Shown here: one piece after another, positions 49,942 through 62,361 of the stretch | Numbering within the stretch: position 1 is the stretch's first letter | How the letters are laid out: every line of letters begins with the position of its first letter | Source of the DNA: Pelomyxa schiedti | Lineage: Eukaryota > Protista > Evosea | Length of the DNA: 64,000 nt | NCBI GenBank assembly: GCA_020536535.1 | Contig: JAHLWZ010000852.1 | Span: forward strand, 10,367-74,366 | Direction of reading: 5' to 3' | The notes under the pieces: model-generated | The model's input: only the letters and a program-made list of their open reading frames with translations | Databases searched by the model: none | What the model was told of the DNA's origin: nothing | Position numbers and translations under genes: made by a program

Positions 49942-52166
49942 TTACAAATCTCTGCTGGCCAAGGGGTCTGTTGGTGGGAGGAGGTAATTTGACCACCAGG
50001 GTGTGGGATCCTCAAGAACTGACATCCATTGATGGAGCTCAGTTTCGTTCTCTTTTTGTTGATTAGTTTTAAGACTTATCTGTGGAAACACACCAACGTA
50101 AAATGCTGATTCTGCAGTCACTGTGTGGATTGTGAACTGGCACGGTTTAGCATCTTGGTTCTGGTTGTCGAATTGAATTCAATTGAAATGCCAGTGAGAT
50201 TTACCTTGTCCCTTGTGATGAAGTGGTCTGTGAGTTGAAGTATACCACTAGGTGCTGCATCCTGCAGAATAAAAGAACACCTTGGGATTTATTCTTGCGG
50301 GGCTAGGGACTAAAATAAAAAAGAAAGTACCGTGTCTGTCTTGAAAATGAACAAGAAGTTGTCCTTCAATACACAATACTTTTTGCTCCACAGTCCAAGC
50401 AGTGCTGCTGTATACAGAAGTTAGGAAAAGAAACATAGTTGGGTCACTTGCCTTGCTTCATCATGAAACCACTTCGGGTGGCTTTCCGAGTGAGTCGTGG
50501 AGCATCTGTCTTTGAATAAACAGAGGAAGCCAAATGCGTGGCATCTGTATAAGTTATTCACTTAACGTGTTGTAATGCACAAATAAAACACACCAACAGT
50601 TTTTGTAACTGAATCCAGAATCTTTTTAAATTTCTTTGTATTCCTCCGGTGAACGGCTTCTTTTTCTACCTTCTCTTCTTCTTCTTTTCTTTTTGTTTCA
50701 CTCCTTTCTTCCATGACTTGTTGAATTTGGCTCTTTTTTTTAACTGTGAAAAGGCATCAGCAAGGAAAAAGAGTTGGGAGGTTGACCTATTTCCGTTTTT
50801 TGCTTTGAGAGTAAACCTAAGAACCTTGTTGCAGCCTCTTTAGCCAAAGCTGTTGTGGTGTCAATTGGTGTCGATGTGGCACTAGTACTTGTGGAGCTTG
50901 ACTCGCGTAGATGAGCAGGCTTTGGTGGCACTGGTGGGGGTCGAGTTGGGGGTGGAGGTCCAGCAGAAAATGGATCCACAAAAAAGGGATTATCCTCCTC
51001 AAGTGTTGATGTGGGCGTTGCTTCAGTTCCAGGTGCATCAAATGGAGAGGAAGGTTGAGAAAATGGATCATCTGTTGTTGGTTGAGGTGGAGTCACAGTC
51101 GGCGTTTCCAATTCGAAGTCCAACCCATCTGGATTTGTAACTACTGAAAGTTTATGTATTGTGACGCCAATAGTGAATGGGTTCTAAACTCCTTGAGAGT
51201 AAAACGCGATAAAAAAAAAGTGTACATGAGGATCAGATGTATTATCACGATAAACTAATTTCACATCATTCATAAAAAGTTCAAAATTATGCACAATATG
51301 AGATACAAGTCTCTGAGGAAGTGCTTGCTCTCCGGGGTTTACACCTGTGAGTATTGTATTTAAGTGAGTTGGGTTATTTGCCTTGGGTATTGGTTTCTAG
51401 TTATTACTCAAAAATAACCGGAATTCGGTAGTTTTATTGGCCCTACAGCAGCTATTCCAGTCCAAGCTCTAATTTCCTTCAGGATATCCTCTTTTCCTGA
51501 TGCATCAGCAGAGCTTGAGCTTCCCCCATCCGATGATGGTGGAGCCACATACTGTTGGAATTGTAAACAAATAAACAAAAAAAAAAAAGTTGCATTGGTA
51601 AACAGTGCCACAAGTCCCTCCATGTAATACAGAGTTGGTTAAAACCAAACCTCAGGATTCGGCTCCACAACCAACAAAACGTCATCAATCCTTGCAATTG
51701 TGGGAGTCCCCGAATTGCTCACAGCCGGAGTCGTAGCTCCCAAGTTGGTGGCCGATGATGACGATGACGTCGACGACGACGAAGCCAATGAGGAAGCTGA
51801 AGGAGGTGCAGGTGCATTTTTCTTCATCTTCTGGGCGTGAACTAGGGTATTGACAGGGATTCTGAGCCTCAGTCTCCCAAGTTTTCCCCTCACGACTCTC
51901 ACGGGTGCATTTGTTGTTGGTGGTGCTGATGGCTGTGGTGGTGTTGCCGCCGTCCCATAACTGGAAGTTGCACTAGTCGCGGAGCCGCTACTGCTTCCGC
52001 CTCCGCCGCCAAAGTGCTTCTCGATGGCGCCGGGGCGCAGTTCCAAGTTGGACACGTCGACTTCGCCACGTGTGAGCCCAAAGTGGATGTCGTCCTTTCC
52101 AAGGTCGGAAATGTAATCACTCAGGAACCGAAACACTAATAACCGCACCACCTGCTCTATCAACAT
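49942..52166 (-). CDS. Short Chorein_N (VPS13/ATG2 N-terminal) + PH-like domain protein
   Basis: FLSDYISDL....I.FGL..GEV.V.NLEL...A..., VVRG.LG.LRLRIP, PTIARIDDVLLVV, IVHNFEL.M.DV.L.Y.D, GVTI..L.V. C-terminal FTIHT.....FY...ENETELHQWM..L. Confidence 0.7.
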
Positions 52167-52342
52167 CCTCCTTATTTGAGCGTTTGTTTTTTGATTTCGA
52201 ATTTTTGGAGAATTGTGGCAAAATTTTGTTTGATTCCTTTTGGGTTTTGTATGGTTACATACAGGGTGCACTGGGCATTGTTATATGGTACAAATGACCG
52301 GAAACATGGGGCGGTGATGTGGAATATACAAATGTTGCTGTA

Positions 52343-55300
52343 TTAGGACTGGGGAAGGAACAGAGCAACCGCCGCGATTGTGGTGGATGTTAGGTAATAG
52401 TCATGCTCACAGGAATCAGGGCCGGATGATAACCTTTGTGGGATTAGGCAGGAGACTGAAAAATGATGGTAGAGGGATATTACTCGGTCGCAATGAGCAG
52501 TTCGGTGAATAAAGAAGGTACGCAGGCCTGTGCAATTACATACTGAAACAGGCACGCCATAGTATCTCCGCAGACGGTCCGTTTGTTTGCTTTGTCCCCT
52601 TCCCATAGTTGCCCGATGAAGTTGAAAACAGCATGTGCAGTATTCGTGACACAAGCGGCTTTCTCCGTTGGGCATGCCTTAGACTTGATACTTTTAAAGA
52701 TATCAATAGCGGCTTGAAATGGCCTTAGTGTGGTTGTGACCCTCACAGTACTTGGACCCTGATTGGCTTTTTTGTATCCAATGCTACTTGGTAGAAGGCA
52801 CATACCAACCAAAATTCTGGTTCCACACCAAAATCGGAGGGTGTAGATGATTTATACCGAGCCCACAGTGCCTCGGCCGCTTTGTCAGCTTCAATACATC
52901 TCGTTTTTTGTTTCACAAATGGTAGAACTTGCCCCTGTTGAGAGGATCAATTCAGGACTGTTGATTCTCTTTCGTAATTTACCTTGCACCATGTGAAAAT
53001 TTCTGTGCTCGATCTCACCAAGAGTTCGGCACGTATTATTTCGGAAATCAAATCCTCAGAAACGGCATCACCAACGGAAAGTTGGCGTATGCACTGGTCA
53101 TAGATAGTTTCTAGTACTAAATGGGCAACAGGAAAAAACTCTCAGTACTTACCGGTAGTGGTGAATAGTTTAGTTTTTAGCGATTTCATGTCTGCTAGCA
53201 TTCTTATTGAATCGGAAAATTCTTTGGCAACCATTTCAACAGGTTTACTGCTAAAGGAAATTGAGATTTATCGGAAAAAGTGGTGGGTATACCTAAAAAG
53301 TTCTTGTATGGATACGGCAAGTCTTGTACAGTACAGGTGATGAGTAGCAATGCTTGAATTGTTGAAAAAAAGGCGCATACTCATGCAACTTACCCGGATA
53401 ATAACCGTGCTTCCACGTAACAGTCTTGTGCCTTTTGCTCCAGTTCAGAAAAGGAGAGGTGCGGAAGGAGTATCAGTTCAGCCATCGGCTTATTTTTTTC
53501 GGGGAAATCGGGGATAGTTATAGTCCCACTTTGGAAGCTAATGGACTGCATGAGCTATCACCACGTATTTTAAGTGACATACTATTTGAGTTCTGCTGCA
53601 AGACTGTAAATGAGAGCGTATCGCTCCAAACTCATCAGAGAATATGACTTATATTCTAAACAAGTAGTGTAATACTTGCTAATTGGGGGTACACAGCAAT
53701 CAGTGAAATCGGAGATATTTGGGTAAGTATTCTCGTCACCAGGAAGTGTATGTCTCCACAGTTTATTGAGATTCTGTGACAAGTTTGGTGGCGCAGAGGC
53801 AAAAGAATACCTCTCTATCCAGATTTCTTGTGAAAGCTTTGGAATTGACGAGCGGCGCCAAAATAGGAGATCGAAAGGCTGATGCTATGGAGCATGCAGC
53901 TTGGTGGTTGTTTAATTTGATAAACATTAAGCCAAGCTCGATACAAGCCTATATGCTCAATGAATGGGAAATAGACTCTTCCAAACTTTTACCTCAATGG
54001 TTTCCTTTTGCTCATCACGATCTGATGTTAGAACTTGAGTTATTGTCCACAGTTCTTCTGCTTCAATTCTCATTTCCAATTCTTGTCTTTCCGTTGAGTG
54101 TTCCTAATGGATTCCTTTCATCATTAATTAAATACCGCACAAAAAATACCACACCATAACAACAGAACGAGGATTTTTAGCAACTCTGCGATAGAGTAAC
54201 CAGTCTACATATGTCCATTTGGAGGCAATACTGTATAGAGAACTTGCTAGAACTTCAGGGATCTTCTTCCACTTTATTTGATTGACTCGGTCAATAGTTT
54301 CAGGTGGGCCGCTTATGCTGGCATTAATGGGTCTCGAGTTAAGGTCTCCATCTCCATTCCTGCTTCGGGAAAGGCTATCTTCTATTGCATGTATATTGAA
54401 GTGCCTGCCAGTGACTTCATTGAGTACAAGAGCAACCTCACTTGTATTCTCAGGAGACATAAAATCACCTTTTTGGAAGCGTTACACATTCACAATGAAA
54501 ACAAGCGCTCTACCTGGTATCTGGCTGATCCATTCATTCAGAAAACATAGCATCCATTCTACTTTGGGGGGGTCCCCTGTTTTTGCAACACAGAAGCACC
54601 ACTTCAAGAAAGTTGATAATGTTGCCTCGGGATGTTCAACAGGCTGCATAATAACTAAACCAACCATATGTTGGGGTTGTAGCTCAGTACTCTCAATGGC
54701 ACTGCTCTGTGTTAGAAAGGAACAAAACTGGCACTGTAATATTTGCACACGATGTGAGAACGGTGATAAGTGCAGTTTCGTCACTTTGGGGAGAATGTAT
54801 GTTTCCTGGTATCACCTCTACACCAGCAAGAACATGGTCCCGGAATCTTTCTGGAATGAGGCCTTGTTCCACAACGGCAGAGACGTCAGCAATTAGCTTT
54901 TCTGTTGATACATTGCACGTAGCTGGTAGTGTGGAATGGCTGTTGCCTTTGGGGGAGCTGGAAATACTCTGTGGTACAGAGGTGTTTGCACTCTCCGATG
55001 CACTGGAGTTCAGTATCTCTCTATTCTCCTTGAGAAAATTTGCTACACTGATCTTGACACAATCCAAGAGGTTATTCACAAGCGGCAGGTTGGCCACCAC
55101 ATCACCGATTCGGAACCCTATAGCTGAAGAGGAGCTAACAAGTAACTCCTGACATCTCTTTATTATAGTAGCCCAGAGAAGGCATACAGCTATAATGTGG
55201 ACTACTGGAGATACCGCTACAATCTCTGTCTGTTGGGGATATATCCACTGAAAGAGTTAGGGGAAACCGAAAGAACATTTGACATACAGAACCGTTCTCT

Positions 55301-58300
55301 CTAGAAAGCAGTTCGTTTTGTCTCGATGTCTTTATTCCAAACAGTTTTGAAATTTGAATCATATGCTGAGAAACCCGTGATTCAACTTGACTTAAATTCA
55401 CCACTCCAATCTGTATTTCGGAGTCATTTCCCTTTGAACTTGTACGTATAACACAAACCGATGGTATCAAACTGATTATAGAAGAAACTGCCTGTGAGTA
55501 GGTTTTTCGAATATCGGTTAGTCTTTGTAGTTTTAAGCCACTCTTAACGACATCAGGAAGGATGAGGATTGTTGCCTCCTTCAGTGCGGAAATATTGTAT
55601 GGAGGAACACTTTCCGATGTGGGTCCACATTTGTTGCAATGGAACAGCCAAGGGCCACATCCAACGTTCGGAGGACAACACATTCTCGTAGTTTTACAGC
55701 TGTTTATATGTTAGAAACAGAAGTCTTTGTAAGATACATACTTTGGGCACAAAAACACTGTGGAAACAAAGTTGAGATCGGGAACGGCATTGGTGTACAC
55801 AACTGACAAGAAAAATTTTCTCGTTTCATCACTCTCGATGGTTCCCCTTAAAATGTTGCCAGCTGCATTTGGGATAAACTTATTCACAACTAAAAGTACT
55901 GGTATCCTTGTCCCATTGGGTCGGATGAGGAGCCTTTCACATGGATCGAGAACAGATTTAGGGACAATTCTGTTATCCGCTGCTGATATTACCCACCATA
56001 CCTACATAGATGTTAGATAACCTCCAGGTGATGGAGGAAGTTACCATGTGAATTTCTTCTGGAGGATTTTGGTGGGATGCCAGATCAAAAAGTTGCTTTA
56101 GAATAATGGGGAGCTCAGCAGAAGAGTTCCCTTCAGTTCCTGGTGACTCATACACCACAAGATTGGAATCAATAATATGCCTTGAGGGTTCTTTGGTCAC
56201 TGGTTTTCCCACTCCTGTCCTGAAAAATATAATTGAAGGAGTTAGGAGACAAAAGATTTGTGTATGTACGTTGAACTCACAAAGCAACTTCACGCTGGGC
56301 AACAGCATTAATAAGTGAACTCTTACCAGAACCAGTATTGCCTATAACAGCTATAACGGCAGCAAAACATTGCGTTCTATGAGGAATTAGAGTCACCCCT
56401 TTATGCGTTAACACACTCGTGAAGGGATTTTCTGAAATGAGCTTCTTGTTCCAAAACGAGACTCAACGCCCATGAAGGGTGGTGTGTCCTTTCAGAGGGG
56501 ATGTGAGTTGGTTGGGGAGCGGGGTTGGAAGCGACTGCCGAGGCAATTTTACATTGCAGTTGTGCTGCTTCTGTAAGTCTTTTCTATATCCTTGTTAGTG
56601 GAGAGGTAGACGATATGACGTTGCCTGCCTCTTCAAGAGTTTCTTTGTAGTTTGGGCGAATTTTCAGGCTGGCGTCAAAACATAAGAGAGCCTCATCATA
56701 TTTTTTCAACAAACTCAGAGCGAGTCCTTTTTCGTGCAATATATCTGGGTCATTTTGTCTGGATTCAAGCGCTATGTCTAGACACTGTAGGGCTTCATCA
56801 TATTGATTGAGTAAACGCAAGGATACAGCTTTTTTTCGTAGTGTAAATGGATTGTGATGGCTGCATCTAAGAGCTGCCTCAAACCATGGAAGTGATTCTG
56901 TGTACTTTCCTGCCAAGGCAAGTGAGCAACCAGTGTCATGAGCGTGATTGGTTCCAAGAAGTGTTCTTGCCTTAGGTGGGGAAGGTGGCTCTAGAGATAC
57001 ACTTTGCCACATAGAATTCGCCTCTGTGCACTTGCCACACAACCACAACTCAGATGCTTTGCAAATTAAGAGCTCTGGTTCTTGTGTCCCCGAAAGTGAC
57101 AGAGCACTGTCAAAGATTGTTGCAGCTGCTTCGTGCTTTTTAAGATCGCGCAATGCGAGACCGCGTGCTGCCTGTATTCGAGGATCTCCAGCAGCCGGTA
57201 GTGAATCAAGGCACAACAATGCTTCATCTGGCCTTGAAAGTATTCTGAGAATTGCCGACTTGGCCAATCTGACATCGACGCTCTGCGGCAAGTCAAGTTT
57301 GTCTTTGCTCAATAGTAGATCCTGGCACTGCAAAGCTTCCTCAAGTCTATGCTGCGATACAAGGAGAGAACATTCATTCAGCACTTCACTAATAAATCCA
57401 CGTGTGGTGGCATCAAATGCTGGAGGCGGCGCAACAGGAGAGAAAGTGAGTGCATCAGTGTAACTGGGGGCTTCCACGTCATAGACCAACTTATTTCCTC
57501 TGAGTCCAATAAAAAGTGTATTATTTGTGCTTCTAAGAGTGAGTCCCTTTTTAGAGAGTGGGAACTCACCATAGGAAAAAGCGACTCGATGCACCTGCAT
57601 ACGTTGCTCTGAGTTGATCTTGTTCTTTTGGTGAGGAATTGGAACAGGTGGGATAAGGTGATCCTTTAGGAAGTTTCAACCATAATTTATTGCTCCTGTT
57701 GCAGAAAAGATAAATCAATTCATCTAACAAAGACTAAAGTTATACCCTCTTAAAGCAATAAACATTTTGCCTTGAGTGTCTTTCTTCTCTGGCTTTATTT
57801 TCACAGTAACAAACCATAATTCTCCCGCCCCTGTGGTAGAAGCAAGAGTAATATTTCCCTTTGATGCCATCCCACAGCATAAGAAATTTTTGTTGAAAAC
57901 TTGAATCAAGTAGTAGCCAGTCACAATAGTGGTCGTTTCTACTGTGCAAGTAGGCAGGGTAGAATGTTTTGGAGGCAAAGTTGGTGCAACAGATTGTGTA
58001 AGTTTTAGTGGTGTCGAAGTAGGTGGGGTTGGTTGAGAGTCCAAGGGGGAAGAAGAGGGAACTTGTATCTTTTTATGGTTGAAGATGCTGGAATTGCAGT
58101 GACGTGAAATAAAGGACACTGAAGAAGATATTGTCGACATAGCACGACCACGGCAAGGGACGATTTTATTACTAGGGTCATTGTTGTCAACCTTTAAAAA
58201 AGGTGGTGCAGTTGTTTTGGTCGGCTGTTGAAATCCCATTTCCTGCTAGGCTTTAAGAACTTACTGACAACATTGTAGATGTGACCTCTTTCAAAAGGCA

Positions 58301-59059
58301 ACCTTCTTCAAATAGGACTAAACGGTGATTCGATGTCCGCCAGTGGCCCTTTGCTGCATTAACAAGCTCCAATACAAAGAGGTCCCCATCCAGCTTGTGA
58401 AAATAAACATCTGTAGCCAAGTTACAGCTCCAGAAAAATTAAAAATGTACACAACCTGTCCCATCTTCACAGTAGTCATAAAGAGCAAAGAGAGACAAAG
58501 GTGACATTGGAGAGACTTGAGAGAATTTGGAATGGCACAGTTTTGACAGATCCGAAACTTTGGATGAAGAATCCACCAAGAAGGTCTTGAAGAAAGACTG
58601 CACGGTAGCAACTCCCGAGTGCAAGCTGGATTCACCAAGAGTACCAGTCTCAGATCTTGTGTTGGTAGCAACGACTACCGCAACAGATTCAGCCAAAGGG
58701 TGCGTTGCTACTGGAGTGCTGTGGAGCACGTTCTCCCCACCACCACTTTGACGCGTAGTAGTCGCAATTTCGGGGGCCTTATCACTGCTGCTACTGCTGC
58801 TGATACTGATACGCGACGTGACGTCGCAGTTTACTACAGGAGTGTCCAGTAAAGTATCGCTTTCGCCGAGATCTGCACCGCACTTTGTAGGCGCGGCAGT
58901 AGCAATAGCAGTGGCAGTGGTTTGTTTCGCGGCGTACACCACGTACACCTCTACATCATCCTGCTGAATCAGATCTGCGGTTTGAATCGCGGGGCTGTCA
59001 CCGGCACCCCCGGGGGCGCCGATTGAAGTCGCCGGCTCGCGTTCGCCCCCGCCGCTCAT
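52343..59059 (-). CDS. Giant multidomain protein: RA-like + fascin/beta-trefoil-like + TPRs + P-loop GTPase + VPS9
   Basis: RA-like: KTFLVDSSSKVSDL..F.LY..KLDGD..VL...W. Trefoil-like: IALRGYN, LTLRSTN. TPRs: YDEALQCLD.AL.., YDEALLCFDASLKIRPN. GTPase: GNTGSGKSSLINA..TGVGKPVT..ESPG..VVNK. VPS9: AI..FKSI....CPTEKA.CV..CGDTMACLFQYVIAQA.VP.L..YYLT. Could be two genes. Confidence 0.7.
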
Positions 59060-59255
59060 CACCACGACCCCACTTGCGGCTATTTTGTTTGTTTTTGTGT
59101 GCTTTTGTGTACTTGCTTTGATCGATTCGGTCCGTGCGAAGGGATGTTCCCCGAAAATGCTGTTTTATGCATTTCGCCTGGCTGTTGTTTTGTTGGAACA
59201 TTGACAGAGACAAAAATGGTGGCTTAGGGCGCATCACCGGCTGAAGAACGGTACT

Positions 59256-60374
59256 TTAGGATTGAGATCTTGATGTGGCGGCAAAGTTCAGCAATACCTT
59301 GGCCAGTTTTGGGGTCAACGATGCTGTGTTGCGTTTTTTTGTTCTGAGTGAGGGGAAAAAAACGAAGAGGTGAAAGCACACAAATTCCGGAGGTATTTGG
59401 GGGTGGCCAGTTTCTGTTTCAACAAGTGAGATCTTACATTGACATTGTATTGGCCTACCTGTACGACCGACATCACTTGTGGGTGTGGGGCACAACCTTT
59501 CATGTTGCCTACAAAAATGTATTCACATCCGGCTGGACACAACCTGGAGTTATTTTGTGATCTTGTGCTTTCTTCCATGTTAATTCCAACCTCAACGCCT
59601 CTGTGAGCCAAACACTGAGAGCTTCAGCAGATCTCTCATCTCCTGTGTCATAAACAAGCAAGCACACACAGCAGGAACGGTATTGTAAATCTTTAATTTT
59701 GGTTCAGATGTAGAAAAAATCCTAACACACTGACCACTGCCATGCTAATTTTTAAAACAACGGAACGGATGTAAATACATACTAGTACAAAAATGAAAAC
59801 ATACAAATTTCCCGGGCAGGTCCCACTATTCTGTATTAGTTTGGATTTGAAAGAGGATGCGAACCAGGGCAACAGTGCTGTTAATGTCAGTAAGGTATCT
59901 CAACCTCTGGTTTTTTTCTGTTAATTCCAGTAATGCAACAGGAGGGTAGAAACCAGATCAGGTTTAGTCGCAGGTGAAGGTTCTTCAGGTAAATCTCCAG
60001 TCTGTGTATTTTTATTAATAAATACAGTGGTAAGAGTGTATCTGCGGACCAATAGCCGCCAGAACAGTGCCGTTTTCCCACAACACGAGCCTTGCTTTGG
60101 AGTCGGCCCAAACAAATATGACACAAAGCAACGACAAACAAAAAGAGCCAGCCATCCATCAATCATACATACCTCCAACAATGACCACTTTCACTTCTGC
60201 AGTTCGTGTTGGCAGCCCAATCTGTTTGACATCAGGGTCATCGCAGTCCAACTTAGGCTGAAGCAGGCTCAGTCCCACGGTACAAGGGACGACGGGTACG
60301 AAGGAAGAAGGGGGTGGTGATGGCGGATAGGGGGTCGCAATGCAACCTTGTGGAAATGTCGCTGTCTGCCCCAT
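59256..60374 (-). CDS. Divergent Ras-superfamily small GTPase, N-terminal MGQTAT
   Basis: Spliced KVVIVG-GSCCGKTAL, WDLPG, CLLVYD...S, IFVGNM. Ends ..SRSQS* with no CaaX. Confidence 0.65.
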
Positions 60375-60752
60375 GGCGATGAGTTTTTTTTTATATCCCT
60401 TAAAGGGTTGCTAGTTGCGTCCGTGCAAGTTGTTGCCATGTTCCCAAGTTGTGGGCGAAATCCGGCAAGTTGTTGGCACCCCAACACCCCTTAAAAAATG
60501 TAGGACTTCGTACATTTTTTTAGGTGATTTGATCGATCCTTTTTCGACTTTCGCCGAACGGTGATCTAAATATTTGGATAAAATCTAAGCCCGACTGGCA
60601 CCTGTCATCCTCCAGACACCACTTCCCTGCCGCCAACCTTTGAAAACCCCTCTTTTTCCCAGATCCATGTGGGACCAAATAAACCTCCGCAAGGGGCACG
60701 TCAAATCGCCTCTTTTTTCTCTCAATGTACATTGTTCTCTTTCTAAGCGGCT

Positions 60753-62253
60753 ATGGCTTTTAGCGATGGATCGCTACAGCCGGCAGACTTGTCTTGGTTC
60801 GTGCCACGAAATGCAGAAACAGTGCTCTTAGCACCCGCAGTGGTGCTGTCCGCCCGCGACCAACTTGGGGCGCTTGCGTGCGCGTCGGTGGGGCGCTGCG
60901 GGGCCGGGAGCGCCGTGGGGCGCGTGATGGCGTCGCAGGGGCACGTGGTCCTTGGGCTGCTGCGGTCCCGCGTCGCCGCCACGGCGGCCAAGTTCGTCGT
61001 CGTGCTCGAGGGCATGCACTGCGAGGAGCTCGTGAGTTTGGGCGAGGGCTTCTGGCGGCGGGGCTCCGACAATTCCTCGGTGTCCGTTGCGTTTTGCGCG
61101 TCGCCGGAGCTGCTTGGGATTGTGGGACGCGTGGAGCTCAGGCCGCTGCTCCCCGAGTGGATCGACTACACCCACTTTGTGGATCCCCGCAACTGCACCT
61201 TGTACGGGACCGCCTGGGCACCAAGCCATCCTGCACCCAGAATCGAACTCGACGGCGTGGCGGTGGTGAGAGGGGACAGGCTACAAATCATGACCGAGAG
61301 AACCCTGGAGGGCCCCCCGATGGGCTTCGGGCGTCAGCAGTCATGTCACTACGGGGGCTGGGTGGTGGAATGTGGGCATGTAAGAGATGACGAAGAGAAC
61401 AGGCTGTCGTTGCTGCTTCGACGTACTCTTCCTTCCGCCTCCTCTCCTGATTGTGGGCCCGTGGCCGTCATTCCAACTCCATACTATACCAAGAGGAATC
61501 ACTTTGCGGGTTTCATTGCTTTCAATAAGCTGGCACCAAATGAAATCTTGATGGTGGTGCCACTGACAGCAGATGGTGCATGTCTATTGTTAATCGATTC
61601 CAGGAAGACTTATACAAGCAAACTCCTCAGTGTGATTGGTTCGACATGCTTCAAAATAGGGAAAGAAGAGCGTTTATCCGAGGCATTCCACATTCCAAGG
61701 AATCCCTGCACTGGCCAGCAACCACCAAGTGAGTCCACCTCTTCTTCAGCACATTTCCATTGTCGAGGAGGGGGTGTGTTCATTTTGCTGGCCAAACGTT
61801 GCACTTATACAGCTTGGGGCCACGAAAAGCTAACCTCTGAAGTTTGGCGAGTGGAAGAAACCAGCGGATCAAAACAAGTGCTGGTCTCATCAAATGACAA
61901 CTTGAATCTATCATGGATGTGTGGTTCCAAGTTCATCATTTGCCACACAACCTCTGATGAACCTCGTTATGAAGTGTGGGACTTGTGGGAATCAACAGCC
62001 AAACCACAAAAGGTGGTCCCCTCTATCAGCACCTTCACAACAAAAGTGCTCCGTTGTGGCATACTCGAGAATCATTTGTTGTGTGCTCCAGAACCGAGGG
62101 TCGAATCCATTCATGGCCGTGCAGTCTGTCAATGACAGAAGTGGCATTGCGGGTGTTGTTTTTTCTGATGTGCTCTCTGGTCGGCAAGTTCTCATTGTGA
62201 CGTTCCCTCAATGGAACACTGTGAGCGTTGGCAAAGGACTCTTTTCTTTCTAA
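60753..62253 (+). CDS. Lineage-specific hypothetical protein (AR.Q...RCG..S family)
   Basis: 460-aa ORF, with a probable C-terminus (FSDVLSG..L..T) in another frame ending at 62253, so an intron or frameshift lies near 62050-62135. Confidence 0.55.
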
Positions 62254-62361
62254 ATACAGAAGTCCTTTTCTTGTTTTTTTTTACATTTGAAGGATAATTT
62301 GGAACCGACACAGGCCAGGCCCATGTAGAGACTCACACTCCCAAAGCCCAAGAATCCCACC

